Part shown: in pieces, positions 9,896 to 19,953 of the stretch | How the letters are laid out: the number at the start of each line of letters is the position of its first letter | Position numbering within the stretch: position 1 is the first letter of the stretch | Assembly: GCA_913009875.1 (NCBI GenBank) | Contig: CAJVYS010000003.1 | Coordinates: 13,528-77,527, forward strand | DNA length: 64,000 nt | Direction of reading: 5' to 3' | From: an uncultured Gammaproteobacteria bacterium | GTDB lineage: Bacteria > Pseudomonadota > Gammaproteobacteria > SZUA-152 | Notes under the pieces: model-generated | Database searches by the model: none | Seen by the model: the letters and a program-made list of their open reading frames with translations, nothing else | Told to the model about the DNA's origin: nothing | Program-made: the position numbers and the translations under genes

Positions 9896-10545
9896 AAAGG
9901 AAGCTCTCCATGGGCCTCATGGTGACGTTGTGCGTATTCAGCGTCACCCTGCTGAGCGCTGTCTCACAGGCAGACAGCCGCAAAGCGGTCAAGAAAGAGC
10001 TTTCGAAGCCCGTTATCCGCGGCGGCATCGTCTTCAAGAATTACTGCACGCTATGTCACGGCGAACGGGCCGACGGCATTGCGCGGGCAGCAAAGCTCTA
10101 TGGTGTTGCTAATCTGACCATCAAGCCCGCAGATAAAGATTACTACTTCAGGATAATTCGTAACGGCGGAACATCTGTTGGCAAGTCGGAATTCATGCCC
10201 CCTTGGGAGGATGAACTCTCGGAAGAACAGATCAGGGATGTCGTCGCCTATCTGAAAATTGCCACTGACGGCAAGCGCCGTGGCGAGGTGGTCTTCAAGA
10301 CAAACTGCATTCTCTGTCATGGCCTCAAGGCCGATGGCAAGGGCCGTGCCGCCAAGCTGTATAATCCGCCGCCGGCCAATCTCACCAAAAGTGACAAGAA
10401 TGACGATTACAAGCGCATGATCATCACCCTGGGTGGTGCCGCCATGGGCCGCTCCGAGTTCATGCCCATCTGGAGCGAGCAGCTCTCGGAGCAGGAAATC
10501 GAGGATGTCATCGCCTACCTGAGAACCGTTCTTGTGCACAATTGA
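9892..10545 (+). CDS. di-haem cytochrome c (c4-like)
   Basis: Two CxxCH motifs (CTLCHG, CILCHG) in duplicated ~90-aa halves, each ending EFMP.W.E.LSE.EI.DV.AYL. Signal peptide. Confidence 0.8.
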   Translation: MKRKLSMGLMVTLCVFSVTLLSAVSQADSRKAVKKELSKPVIRGGIVFKNYCTLCHGERADGIARAAKLYGVANLTIKPADKDYYFRIIRNGGTSVGKSEFMPPWEDELSEEQIRDVVAYLKIATDGKRRGEVVFKTNCILCHGLKADGKGRAAKLYNPPPANLTKSDKNDDYKRMIITLGGAAMGRSEFMPIWSEQLSEQEIEDVIAYLRTVLVHN

Positions 10546-10684
10546 TGCGGTTCGCCACCGCTCACCAGCATCCTACACAGACGGCCGGAACAAATAAAAA
10601 GAAACGTAGCCTGGATTGAGCCTGCGAAACCCGGGGGAGGCGGCACGATAAACTCCCGGGTTTCGCAAGCTCAACCCAGGCTAC
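10544..10684. repeat. two adjacent palindromic elements: family-3 half-site (gatgcggttcgccaccgctcaccagcatcctacacag) then family-2 element (gtagcctggat...atccaggctac-like)
   Basis: 10544-10580 matches the arms of the 51207-51337 element. 10606-10684 has termini gtagcctgg...ccaggctac as at 12194-12274, 13027-13107 and 23971-24045. Confidence 0.7.
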
Positions 10685-10784
10685 TTGCTTTGAACTTCCT
10701 GGATTCCGGCCTGCGCCGGAATGACGAGAGGTAAATTAACCAGACTTCCTGAAAAAACAGGTTAGGGGGTGTTAACAATCATCG

Positions 10785-10831
10785 TGCGCACGGCGCACAC
10801 TACGGGCAGGTGTAGTGTGCGCCGTGCGCAC
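10785..10831. repeat. perfect 20-bp inverted repeat gtgcgcacggcgcacactac-N6-gtagtgtgcgccgtgcgcac (strong hairpin / candidate operator)
   Basis: Read directly, the two arms are exact reverse complements. Lies 3' of the minus-strand TraB gene. Confidence 0.75.
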
Positions 10832-10897
10832 AATAGGGATAACCAGTTTCCCTGTGAACGCCATAACCCGACAGTGAGCTGAATAGTTACTTCGACC

Positions 10898-12160
10898 TCA
10901 GCCACTCAGGCGCTCGAAAATCCGGAAGCCCGCGACATAGGTACCAATCGCTGAACCCAGGGTACTGAACAGAAAGACCAGCAGGACGCGCGTGACGCGA
11001 TTGCGCCACCAACCCTTGAGGGTGGTGGTGTCCGAGCGCAGACGGCCAAAGTCACTCACCTTGGGCTTGCGGAAATAGACTTCAATGGCCGCCGTGACCA
11101 TCCCCGCACCCACGGCGGGGTTGAGCGAGGTCAGCGGCGCGGCGACGAAGGCGCCAAGCACCGTCACGGGATGCCCGCCGGCGATGAAAGCACCCAGCGC
11201 CGACAAACCACCGTTGATGAGCACCCAGTCGAGCACCAGCTGCCAACCCAGCTCGGGGCTACGCGAAAAGCCCACGGCAAAACCGGTCAATATCAGCAAT
11301 ACGATCAGCCAGGGAATACGCTTGCCCCAACGGCCACCCGCCGGTACATATTCCAGCTCGGCGATCTCCTCCGCCGCCGCTTTTTCCGCTGCGCGCTCAA
11401 AGTAACGCTGCATACCCGCCAGATGCCCGGCCCCCACCACCGCCAGCACATTCTCATGGGGATGTTTCTCAATTTCCTGACGCAAGCGCGCGACCATGTA
11501 GCGGTCGCGCTCGTCGATCAGCGGCTTGAACAGTGCCTTCTCTTCCTCGGCAAACTGGGCAAAGGTGGATTCGAGAACATCGCCTTCTTTGAGGCGCTCG
11601 ATCTCTTCTTCGCTCACTTTTTCCTTGGTCACCACACTGCCCAGCAAGCCCGCGATGAGATTGAATCGCTGCCACCAGGGTACATTGCGATAAATGCGTT
11701 TCAGCGTGGTGCCGACTTCGCGGTCGATAAGCAACACCGGCAGTTTGGCCTGCTTGGCGTCGTCGATGGCAACACGCATTTCCGCGCCGGGCTGAATCCC
11801 CATCTGCTCCGCGGCGCGCTGTTGAAAGGCGCCCAGCGCCAGACTGGCCGCCACCATTGAGGCCTTGCCCTCACGGATAACCTGAAATAGATCCATCTTG
11901 GCCAGCGCATCGGGGTCGACGATGGCATTATACCGGCTGGGACACAGCTCAACGGCCACCGCGTCATACTCCCCGGTGGCCAGCAGCTCACGCACCTTGT
12001 CGGCACTGCTCTGCGATACGTGGGCCGTACCCAACAGGGTAATGCGACTGTCGCCGATGGTCACGGTCACCATCGGCTCCTGTAATGGAGCGTTCACTGT
12101 CTGCGTAGTATCGTCGTCAGCAACGACGGAGGTGGCATTGTCTTCGTTATTTTTAGTCAC
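10898..12160 (-). CDS. TraB/GumN family protein
   Basis: N-terminal TraB-like fold (ITLLGTAHVSQSSADKV...) and C-terminal multi-TM region, matching the TraB-family size and architecture. Confidence 0.7.
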   Translation of the reverse strand: MTKNNEDNATSVVADDDTTQTVNAPLQEPMVTVTIGDSRITLLGTAHVSQSSADKVRELLATGEYDAVAVELCPSRYNAIVDPDALAKMDLFQVIREGKASMVAASLALGAFQQRAAEQMGIQPGAEMRVAIDDAKQAKLPVLLIDREVGTTLKRIYRNVPWWQRFNLIAGLLGSVVTKEKVSEEEIERLKEGDVLESTFAQFAEEEKALFKPLIDERDRYMVARLRQEIEKHPHENVLAVVGAGHLAGMQRYFERAAEKAAAEEIAELEYVPAGGRWGKRIPWLIVLLILTGFAVGFSRSPELGWQLVLDWVLINGGLSALGAFIAGGHPVTVLGAFVAAPLTSLNPAVGAGMVTAAIEVYFRKPKVSDFGRLRSDTTTLKGWWRNRVTRVLLVFLFSTLGSAIGTYVAGFRIFERLSG

Positions 12161-12193
12161 GTTGTGTTATTACAAAGTTAATATTTTCGGTGG

Positions 12194-12274
12194 GTAGCCT
12201 GGATGGAGCGCAGCGGAATCCGGGAAGTGTGATGCACCTTTATCCCGGATTCCGCTGCGCTCCATCCAGGCTAC
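12194..12274. repeat. family-2 palindromic element (gtagcctggatggagcgcagcggaatccggga ... tcccggattccgctgcgctccatccaggctac)
   Basis: Near-perfect 32-bp arms around an ~17-bp loop. Other copies at 10606-10684, 13027-13107 and 23971-24045. Confidence 0.8.
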
Positions 12275-12300
12275 CTTGTTGTTACTTGCTGTCAATCGCA

Positions 12301-12867
12301 TCAGACCCGCGACATGAACTTGCCGGTGCCGGTGTTTATTTTCAGCACATCGCCGACGGCGATATATTCCGGCACCTGCACTTCGATACCGCTCGCCAGC
12401 GTGGCGGGTTTGGTGCGGCCGGTGGCCGTGGCACCCTTCATCGCCGGCGCCGTTTCCACCACCGCCAGATTCACCGACTGTGGCAGCTCGACACCGATCA
12501 CATTGCCATCCACCAGCAGCGCGGACAGACCTTCCAGTCCGTCCACCAGATAGCCCAGTTGCTCATCGAGATCGTCTGCGCTGAGGGTGTACTGGCTATA
12601 ATCCTCCACATCCATGAAGGTGACCATGTCGCCGTCCTGAAACAGGTACTGCACCGCGCGGCGGCTGAAGTCCATGTTCTTGACCATGTCCTCACCCTTG
12701 TAGGTCTGCTCCAGCTTCTGTTTGCTCTGCACGTTGTTGAAGCGCACTTTGTACAGGGTATTGGCACCACGCGACGAGGGGCTCTTCACATCGACGTTCT
12801 TCACCACATGGGGTTCGCCATTGATCTCGACGATCATCCCGCGCTTCAGGTCACCGGCCTTTGGCAT
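12301..12867 (-). CDS. efpL: elongation factor P-like protein (YeiP/EfpL paralogue)
   Basis: MPKAGDLKRGMIVEINGEPHVVKNVDVKSPSSRGANTLYKVRFNNV... aligns to the YeiP N-terminus rather than canonical EF-P. Three-domain length (188 aa). Confidence 0.8.
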   Translation of the reverse strand: MPKAGDLKRGMIVEINGEPHVVKNVDVKSPSSRGANTLYKVRFNNVQSKQKLEQTYKGEDMVKNMDFSRRAVQYLFQDGDMVTFMDVEDYSQYTLSADDLDEQLGYLVDGLEGLSALLVDGNVIGVELPQSVNLAVVETAPAMKGATATGRTKPATLASGIEVQVPEYIAVGDVLKINTGTGKFMSRV

Positions 12868-12943
12868 TGCTATCTCCAGTTAGTCTATCCCGGTTAAATT
12901 TTTATCCCCACAAAAATCCTCAGGGGTGATATACAGCGGAACA

Positions 12944-13013
12944 CTGTGGGAGCGGCTTCAGCCGCGAAGCTGTATTTCACATAATTTCGCGGCTGAAGCC
13001 GCTCCCACAATTT
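12944..13013. repeat. REP-like element, family 1 (third copy)
   Basis: ctgtgggagcggcttcagccgcgaa ... ttcgcggctgaagccgctcccacaattt. Confidence 0.8.
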
Positions 13014-13026
13014 AATGCTGTAGCAA

Positions 13027-13107
13027 GTAACCTGGATGAAACGAAGTGGAATCCGGGATGGGACTGCACCACACTTCCCGGATTCCGCTGCGCTCCAACC
13101 AGGCTAC
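13027..13107. repeat. family-2 palindromic element, adjacent to the family-1 copy
   Basis: gtaacctggatgaaacgaagtggaatccggga ... cccggattccgctgcgctccaaccaggctac. Confidence 0.75.
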
Positions 13108-13120
13108 CTTGTTACAAAAT

Positions 13121-14968
13121 TCAATGCTGCAGTTTTCCATACAGGCGACTGTACAATCCTTCGCCCTGAATCAATTCGTCGTGCGCGCCCTCTTCGATGA
13201 TCCGGCCGCCGTCGAAGACATAAACCCGGTCCGCCTGTTTTACCGCGCTCAGGCGATGGGCAATGATCAGCGTGGTGCGGCCTTCGAGAAATTCGTGCAG
13301 GGCCCGGTGCAGACGCGCCTCGGTCTGCGTATCCAGGGCGGATGTCGCCTCGTCCAGTATCACCAATTTCGGCTCGCCCAACACCATGCGCGCGATGGCC
13401 AGCCGCTGCCGCTGGCCGCCGGAGAGTCGTACGCCCTGCCGGCCGACAAGGGTCTCCAGCCCGTTGGGCATGGCCTCCACCACCTCGCGCAGCTGCGCCA
13501 CGCCCAGCGCATGCCATAACTGTTCGTCCGTGACATCCTGGCCCAGGGTCAGATTCATGCGCACGCTATCATTGAACATGGCCGGGTTCTGCAACACCGT
13601 GGCGACGTTGGCGCGCACCACATCAAGGCCGATCTCGGTGACCGGAACCTCGTGATTATCGCTACCGATAAAATAAAGTTCACCGGATTGCGGAGCATAC
13701 ATGCCGAGGATCACCTGCACCAGTGTGGACTTGCCACCGCCACTGGCGCCCACCAGGGCCACCTTCTCACCGGCCGCGACGTGCAGATTGACGTGATCGA
13801 GAACCGGCGACCTGTCGCCATTGCGGCCATAGTGGAAGCTCACGTCCTTCACCCGCAGGCCGACCGTGCGGTTGCCGGCGAAGGGATCGGCGTTGTGCGG
13901 ATAGTCCGGCTCCTGCTTCAGTTTCAGCAGGCCGTTGACGCGCTCCAGCGCCGCCTTGGCCGCATAGTACTTGTACTGAAGATTGAGCAACTCCTGCACC
14001 GGCGCCATCATGAACCACAGATAGCCGAACACCGCCATCATCTCGCCAATGCTGAGATCGGAAAACACCACCATCAACATGGTAATGGCGCGAAACACAT
14101 CAAAACCGAGCAGAAACACGCCCATGGACAGCCGAGTAGCCACATCACTCTTCCACGCATAGGCCGCCGAATGGGTGCGGATGGTGTGAGCCTTGCCGAT
14201 CACGTCGCGGATATAGTGGCCCTCGCGGTTACTGGCGCGGATCTGGTGGATATTATCCAGGGTCTCGGTGAGGGCCTGCTGAAACAGCTCGAAGGCCGAA
14301 TTCTCATGACGCTTCAGGGTCTTTACCCGCTTGCCCAGCAACACGGTGAAATAGATCACCAGCGGATTCATGAACAGGATGAACAGCGCCAGCTGCCAGT
14401 GCATCCACAGCAGCACGGCGGTAATACCCACCAGCGTCAGGGCGGAAATCAGCGCCTTCGCCACCGAATCGCCGATGAAATCGTCCAGGGCATTCAGGTC
14501 GGTGACAAAGTGCGACGCCACCCCGCCACTGCCCAGGGTCTCGTACTCCGCCATCGACACCCGCTGCATACGCCGCAACAGGGTACGCCGGATGCGGTAG
14601 GTCACCTCCTTGGCGACCAGGGTGAACTGACGCACCTGCCACACGCTCAGCACCAGAAACAACAGTCGCAGGACAATCGTTACCAGCAGGATCACCAGGA
14701 TATACAGCACCGGCCCGTGCCACGCCGTGGGGAACATCGCGTTCATGGCCGCCACCAGTGCACCCGGCTTCTGCAGCAACACCTCGTCGACCATGAGGGG
14801 AAACAGCAGCGGCAACGGCACACTGGCCAGCACGGCAAGGATCGCGACAATATTGGCGATCACCAGTGTGCGGCGATGTTCCAGCGCAATGTCAACGATG
14901 TATCGCCAGCTGTAGCCGTTGGCGGGAATGGCTTCCTGATCGCGGGACGCGGGAGAGGTTTTACTCAT
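13121..14968 (-). CDS. ABC transporter, fused permease/ATP-binding protein (MsbA-like exporter family)
   Basis: Six-TM domain plus NBD with Walker A GASGGGKST, signature [13 protein letters not shown] and Walker B ILDEATSALD. Confidence 0.85.
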   Translation of the reverse strand: MSKTSPASRDQEAIPANGYSWRYIVDIALEHRRTLVIANIVAILAVLASVPLPLLFPLMVDEVLLQKPGALVAAMNAMFPTAWHGPVLYILVILLVTIVLRLLFLVLSVWQVRQFTLVAKEVTYRIRRTLLRRMQRVSMAEYETLGSGGVASHFVTDLNALDDFIGDSVAKALISALTLVGITAVLLWMHWQLALFILFMNPLVIYFTVLLGKRVKTLKRHENSAFELFQQALTETLDNIHQIRASNREGHYIRDVIGKAHTIRTHSAAYAWKSDVATRLSMGVFLLGFDVFRAITMLMVVFSDLSIGEMMAVFGYLWFMMAPVQELLNLQYKYYAAKAALERVNGLLKLKQEPDYPHNADPFAGNRTVGLRVKDVSFHYGRNGDRSPVLDHVNLHVAAGEKVALVGASGGGKSTLVQVILGMYAPQSGELYFIGSDNHEVPVTEIGLDVVRANVATVLQNPAMFNDSVRMNLTLGQDVTDEQLWHALGVAQLREVVEAMPNGLETLVGRQGVRLSGGQRQRLAIARMVLGEPKLVILDEATSALDTQTEARLHRALHEFLEGRTTLIIAHRLSAVKQADRVYVFDGGRIIEEGAHDELIQGEGLYSRLYGKLQH

Positions 14969-15074
14969 TATGACGGGTCACACCTTCCTGATTGGTAGGT
15001 AAAGCAGGGCAGGCCATCAAACAGGCGGAGCGGCCCCTCAGGCCGCGATAGCCCGCGCTTGCAGGCAGTCGTCA

Positions 15075-16994
15075 TCATTGCCCACGCATGAACAGGCCAT
15101 CCAGCGCATCCATCTCCATCTGTACCCAGGTCGGCCGCCCATGGTTGCACTGGCCGCTGCGTTCGGTACGCTCCATATCGCGCAGCAGCGCATTCATTTC
15201 CGGGATCGTCAACTTGCGGTTAGCGCGCACGGAACCGTGACAGGCCATGGTACCCAGCAGTTCGTTGATGGCCTCGCGCACGCGCTGTGTAGTACCGTAG
15301 GTGGCCAGGTCCGACAGCACGTCACGCACCAGCGTTTCCACGTCCGCGTCACGCAGCAGGCTGGGCACCTGCCGCACCACCAGCGTCTCGGGCCCCATGG
15401 CCTCGACAACGAAACCCAACTCACTGAAGACCTCGACAAACTCCGTGGCCAGGCGCGCCTCGCTCTCACTGACGGCGATGCTGATCGGCACCAGCAACGG
15501 TTGCGAACGCACGCCTTCACCGTCCAGTGCAGCCTTCATGCGCTCGTAGGTGATGCGTTCATGGGCGGCATGCATGTCCACCACGATCAGTCCCTGGGCA
15601 TTTTCGGCGAGGATGTAAATACCATGCAGTTGGGCGATGGCGTAGCCCAGTGGTGGTGCCTCGGTGGATTCCGTGTCCTGCGTGACGTTCCCGGCCGGTA
15701 GTGTCTGCGCCCCCTGATACAGCGCCTGCAGGCCCGGCTGCTGTTCGCGCACGGCGAAGGCCATGTTGGATTGCCGGTGATAGTGGTTGCCCGGTGAACT
15801 GCCGGAATAACTGCCAGTAGCGCCCCCGACAGGAGGCGAATGCCGTTGCATGGACTGCTCGGTGACGGTCTGCCCGGCTGGCGCTGCGATGATTTCGCCA
15901 CTCTCCTCATCCACAGTTGCGCCCGGACGCACATCGGCCAGGGCCTGATGCAGACTGCGGAACAGAAAATCGTGCACCGTGCGCCCCTCGCGGAAACGTA
16001 CCTCGTGCTTGGTGGGGTGCACGTTGACATCCACCGCCGTCGGATCCAACGCCAAATAGAGCACGTAGGCCGGGTGCCGACCGTGATAGAGCACGTCCTG
16101 ATAGGCCTGGCGAATGGCATGCGCCACCAGCTTGTCACGGATCATGCGACCGTTGACGTAGAAATACTGCAGATCCGCCTGCGAACGGGAAAAGGTGGGC
16201 TGCGCCACCCAGCCCCACAGGCGCATGTCAGCGACCTGATAATCCACCCACAGGGCCTGGTCGACAAAGGCCGAACCGCACACCTGTGCCACCCGTTGGC
16301 GCTGCTCCGGCTCGCTCTGCGCCGGGCGCAACTTCAGCACCGTGCGCTGATTGTGGCGCAGGGCGAAGGCGACATCGAAACGGCTCAGGGCAATGCGTTT
16401 GACCACCGTCTCGAGATGGGAGAACTCGGTCTTGTCGGTGCGCAGAAACTTGCGCCGCGCGGGAGTATTAAAGAACAGGTCGCGCACCTCGATGGTGGTG
16501 CCCTCGGGATGCGCCACCGGCTGTGGCTCGCTGATGGCGTCGCCGCCGTCACCCGTGACGCGCCAGCCACTGTCATCGCCACGCGCGCAGGAACGCAGCT
16601 CCAGCCGCGACACGGAACTGATACTGGGCAGGGCCTCGCCACGAAAGCCCAGGCTGACCACGCACTCCAGATCATCAAAGGAGTGGATCTTGCTGGTCGC
16701 ATGACGGCTGAGGGCGAGGGGAAAATCCTCCTTGAGAATGCCGCAGCCGTCGTCGCGCAGGCGGATCAACTTACGGCCGCCCTGCTCCACGTCGATGTCG
16801 ATGCTGCGGGCACCGGCGTCGAGGCTGTTCTCCAGCAGCTCCTTGACCACCGCCGAGGGGCGTTCCACCACCTCACCGGCGGCGATCTGGTTGGCCAGGC
16901 GGGTCGACAGCTTCTGGATGCGGGGAACTGCCGGAGCATCGGCAGGCGTTGCGGCGGAATTGGCAACAGCGGTATCGGCGGTGGAATCGCTCAT
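15075..16994 (-). CDS. mutL: DNA mismatch repair protein MutL
   Basis: GHKL ATPase N-terminus ([30 protein letters not shown]...) and MutL C-terminal dimerisation domain. Synteny with amiB and tsaE. Confidence 0.9.
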   Translation of the reverse strand: MSDSTADTAVANSAATPADAPAVPRIQKLSTRLANQIAAGEVVERPSAVVKELLENSLDAGARSIDIDVEQGGRKLIRLRDDGCGILKEDFPLALSRHATSKIHSFDDLECVVSLGFRGEALPSISSVSRLELRSCARGDDSGWRVTGDGGDAISEPQPVAHPEGTTIEVRDLFFNTPARRKFLRTDKTEFSHLETVVKRIALSRFDVAFALRHNQRTVLKLRPAQSEPEQRQRVAQVCGSAFVDQALWVDYQVADMRLWGWVAQPTFSRSQADLQYFYVNGRMIRDKLVAHAIRQAYQDVLYHGRHPAYVLYLALDPTAVDVNVHPTKHEVRFREGRTVHDFLFRSLHQALADVRPGATVDEESGEIIAAPAGQTVTEQSMQRHSPPVGGATGSYSGSSPGNHYHRQSNMAFAVREQQPGLQALYQGAQTLPAGNVTQDTESTEAPPLGYAIAQLHGIYILAENAQGLIVVDMHAAHERITYERMKAALDGEGVRSQPLLVPISIAVSESEARLATEFVEVFSELGFVVEAMGPETLVVRQVPSLLRDADVETLVRDVLSDLATYGTTQRVREAINELLGTMACHGSVRANRKLTIPEMNALLRDMERTERSGQCNHGRPTWVQMEMDALDGLFMRGQ

Positions 16995-17183
16995 GGATGG
17001 CCGGGACTCGTGCGGGCCTGCAAGGCAGGCGTCTGAAAAGGGCCATTATACGTGCCAGTCACTGCTGGCCCACAATTTTCCTTCCCCCGTGAGAAAACAC
17101 GAATATCGCAGAAACGGGCTGTGTCAGCGAAAAGGCCTGAAACAAAGCCGCAAATGACGCCAATGAACGCGAATACACCCTTC

Positions 17184-17474
17184 TTATAATCTGTTTCTCT
17201 CTTCTTCTCTCTGGTGCCAGATTCTCAAAATATTGATTGTTTTATCGAGAACCAAATACCGAGCGACGTAACTTCCTAAGACCAAATCCCTCATCAATTC
17301 TGGATTCGGTGCTTTACTGACTTGTATTCCTATCTGCGGAAATCGTTTCAGTTTTTTAACGCCATCCAGGAGTGAATTGGCAATTCTCCCGGCCGCCTCT
17401 GGATTATTGGTTTCGATAAACTCTCTCAACCGGGCCAAGTCTTCAATGGCCTCTGGCGTGTAAACAATTTTCAT
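17184..17474 (-). CDS. type II toxin, ParE/RelE superfamily
   Basis: 96 aa. Overlaps the upstream antitoxin by 4 nt. Lies in a local low-GC segment. Typical RelE/ParE length and charge pattern. Confidence 0.65.
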   Translation of the reverse strand: MKIVYTPEAIEDLARLREFIETNNPEAAGRIANSLLDGVKKLKRFPQIGIQVSKAPNPELMRDLVLGSYVARYLVLDKTINILRIWHQREEERNRL

Positions 17475-17737
17475 ATTTTCGGGGGTGATTGTTCATTTTC
17501 TGTTCCCCAACTCTTAAGCCAATCCACAACTTCAGCTTCTTCAACAACAACGCCATTTTTCACCGAATCCAAAGCCACGAGAGTCTCAGTCCAGCGTTCT
17601 TCTTCAATGGCACGCCTATCCAAAAACTCTTTAATCGCCTGATTAATCAGATAATTTTTGCTTCTGTCCAGTTTTTTTGACAGAATTTCCAGCGGTTTTT
17701 CAACGTCTGGCCGTAAACGTATGCTGGTGACACCCAT
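17471..17737 (-). CDS. type II antitoxin, ribbon-helix-helix (ParD/CopG-like)
   Basis: 88 aa. N-terminal RHH-like segment (TSIRLRPDVEKPLEILSKKLDRSKNYLINQAIKEFL). Translationally coupled to the downstream toxin. Confidence 0.6.
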   Translation of the reverse strand: MGVTSIRLRPDVEKPLEILSKKLDRSKNYLINQAIKEFLDRRAIEEERWTETLVALDSVKNGVVVEEAEVVDWLKSWGTENEQSPPKI

Positions 17738-17997
17738 GATATTTCTCCTTCTAGACTACAGCTAACTACATTGTAGTACAAAATGAAAATGAAGGAAGTT
17801 CCAGCCAAAGTCCACAACGGTTAGCTTGTGACACCGCTCTGCGGTGTTACTCATCCCGTGGCGCTCAGCGCCACACCATCGTTGGTAGAGTAGGGGTATT
17901 CGCATCCATTAGCGTCATTTGCGGCTTGGTTTTCAGGACTTTTCGCGGGCATGACCCGCACCTACAGGGCGATTGATGCGCCACGACGGACGCGCAA

Positions 17998-19308
17998 TCA
18001 CATCACAGGAATACGCAGGGTCTGTCCGACCTTGAGACGGTCGCCGGAGAGGTTATTGGCCGTGCGCAGATATTTCTGGCTAATGCGGTACTTCTGCGCG
18101 ATGCCACTGAGGGTGTCACCACGTCGAATCACGTATTTCCGCCCACTCTTCGCCTTCGGTCCACTCGGTTTCAGCGCCAGCAGGGTGCCAGGCGGTGCAT
18201 TGCGGGTGAAATAGCTGCGCACGCCACGCAGCATGGCGCTGGCCAGCTTGCGCTGGTAGTTGGGGTCACGCAGATTACGCTCTTCGCGGGAATTGGAAAT
18301 AAATCCGGTCTCCACCAGGATCGATGGGATATCCGGCGACTTCAGCACCACGAAACCGGCCTGTTCCACGTGCGGCTTATGCACCTTGGTAATGCGCTTC
18401 AACTCGCCCAGCATCAGCCCACCAACGTCAAGGCTGGCAGCAATGGTGGCATTCTGCGAAAGATCCAGCAGCACCGAGGCGAGCAGGTCATCCTTGTCAT
18501 CCAGACTCACGCCGCCGATGAGATCGGCGCTGTTCTCGCTTTCCGCCAGCCAGCGACCTGCCTCACTGCTGGCGCCCTTCTGCGACAGCACCCACACCGA
18601 GGCGCCGCGCGCACGGCCATCACGGAAGGCATCGGCATGGATAGAGATGAACAGGTCGGCCTTCATGTCGCGCGCCTTCTGCATGCGCTTGCGCAGACTG
18701 ACGTAATAGTCGCCGGTGCGGATCATCACCGGGCGCATGCCGCGCTCCTGGCGGATCAGCCGTTCCAGCCGGCGCGCGATGGCCAGCACCACATCTTTTT
18801 CCCGCGTGCCGTGGCGGCCGGAGGCCCCCGGATCGTCACCGCCGTGACCGGCGTCGATGGCGATAATCACATCGCGTACCTTGCCGGTCGTCGCCTGCAC
18901 GCTGCGCTGCGTCACCGTCGGTTTGCTGCTCGGTTCCTGCAGGTCGATCACCAGACGGTGGCCGTATTTCTGCGTCGGCTTGAGCAGGAAGCTTTTCGGC
19001 TGCACCTTGCCACGCATGTCCAGCACCACACGCAGATTGCCATTGTGCGTGGCGCTGCGCACGCGGTGCACGAAGCTTTTACTGAGATCCAGCCGCCCCA
19101 GGTCATGCAGCAGGCGGGCATTCTTGATGTCCACCACCACCCGCTCGGGGGAATGAAGCACAAAGAGCTTGTGGCTGACAGGGCCGTTAAGGTCGAAAAC
19201 CAGGCGGTTCTGATCCGGGCCGGACCACAGGCGAACGCCCTCAATCGTTGCCGCCGAGACCGGCAGAGACAACGTCAGCGCCAGCAAAATCAGTAATGAT
19301 CGCTGCAT
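17998..19308 (-). CDS. amiB: N-acetylmuramoyl-L-alanine amidase (AmiB/AmiC type: AMIN domain, Amidase_3, C-terminal LysM)
   Basis: Amidase_3 motifs (AIDAGHGGDDPGA..., ISIHADA). C-terminal LysM (YVIRRGDTLSGIAQKY...LKVGQTLRIP). Signal peptide from MQRSLLILLALTL. Conserved tsaE-amiB-mutL neighbourhood. Confidence 0.85.
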   Translation of the reverse strand: MQRSLLILLALTLSLPVSAATIEGVRLWSGPDQNRLVFDLNGPVSHKLFVLHSPERVVVDIKNARLLHDLGRLDLSKSFVHRVRSATHNGNLRVVLDMRGKVQPKSFLLKPTQKYGHRLVIDLQEPSSKPTVTQRSVQATTGKVRDVIIAIDAGHGGDDPGASGRHGTREKDVVLAIARRLERLIRQERGMRPVMIRTGDYYVSLRKRMQKARDMKADLFISIHADAFRDGRARGASVWVLSQKGASSEAGRWLAESENSADLIGGVSLDDKDDLLASVLLDLSQNATIAASLDVGGLMLGELKRITKVHKPHVEQAGFVVLKSPDIPSILVETGFISNSREERNLRDPNYQRKLASAMLRGVRSYFTRNAPPGTLLALKPSGPKAKSGRKYVIRRGDTLSGIAQKYRISQKYLRTANNLSGDRLKVGQTLRIPVM

Positions 19309-19488
19309 CGACAGGCGCGCAAATTTTGCACAGAAAGACCCCATATCCTTAATTGTGCAACAAAAACACAATAACGCAAGTTATTTATTCACATTTTTTG
19401 TTTAAGAACACGGAGATAGAAAGGAAAGTTACAGTGACATGAAGGTTTGAACAGTAGTCAGGGGCCGCCAGGGTGGAAAACGCCGGGA

Positions 19489-19953
19489 TCAACTGCGGAA
19501 ATGCGCCAGCCAGGCATTGCGGCCACCGGCACCGGGGTGCAGGCTCACCCGGCGGGCGTGACCGTGATAAGCGATATCCACCACCACATCGGCCGCCGGC
19601 AGCACTCCCTCGCCGCGCTGGGGCCACTCCACCAGCACCACCGCCTGCGGGTCGAAGTAGTCACGAATACCCATATATTCCAGCTCCTCGGGATCGGCAA
19701 GGCGATAGAGGTCGAAGTGATAGGCGTGGCCGCCGGCAAATTCATAGGGCTCGACCAGGGTGTAAGTCGGGCTCTTGACCCGGCCGCCGACACCCAGGCC
19801 CTGCAGGATGCCGCGCGACAGGGTGGTCTTGCCAGCCCCGAGTTCACCGTGCAGATGGAGCACGCCACCGCCGCGCAGGTGCTCGGCGATGCGCGCACCG
19901 AGAGCCAGCATGGCGGCCTCATCCGCGATATCCAGGGTGACTTCGCCACTCAT
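19489..19953 (-). CDS. tsaE: tRNA threonylcarbamoyladenosine biosynthesis protein TsaE (YjeE)
   Basis: P-loop [13 protein letters not shown] and YjeE-family length. Overlaps the nnr stop. Confidence 0.85.
   Translation of the reverse strand: MSGEVTLDIADEAAMLALGARIAEHLRGGGVLHLHGELGAGKTTLSRGILQGLGVGGRVKSPTYTLVEPYEFAGGHAYHFDLYRLADPEELEYMGIRDYFDPQAVVLVEWPQRGEGVLPAADVVVDIAYHGHARRVSLHPGAGGRNAWLAHFRS

Noticed and set aside
11171-12006. ORFs inside and opposite traB (11171-11860 plus strand, 11701-12006 minus strand)
   Set aside because: They overlap the TraB-family gene, which has coherent domain structure. The alternatives are low-complexity.
13652-17036. Long plus-strand ORFs (13652-14998, 15840-17036, 15078-15701)
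   Set aside because: They are antisense to the ABC exporter and mutL. Their His/Gln/Arg-rich composition has no domain signal.
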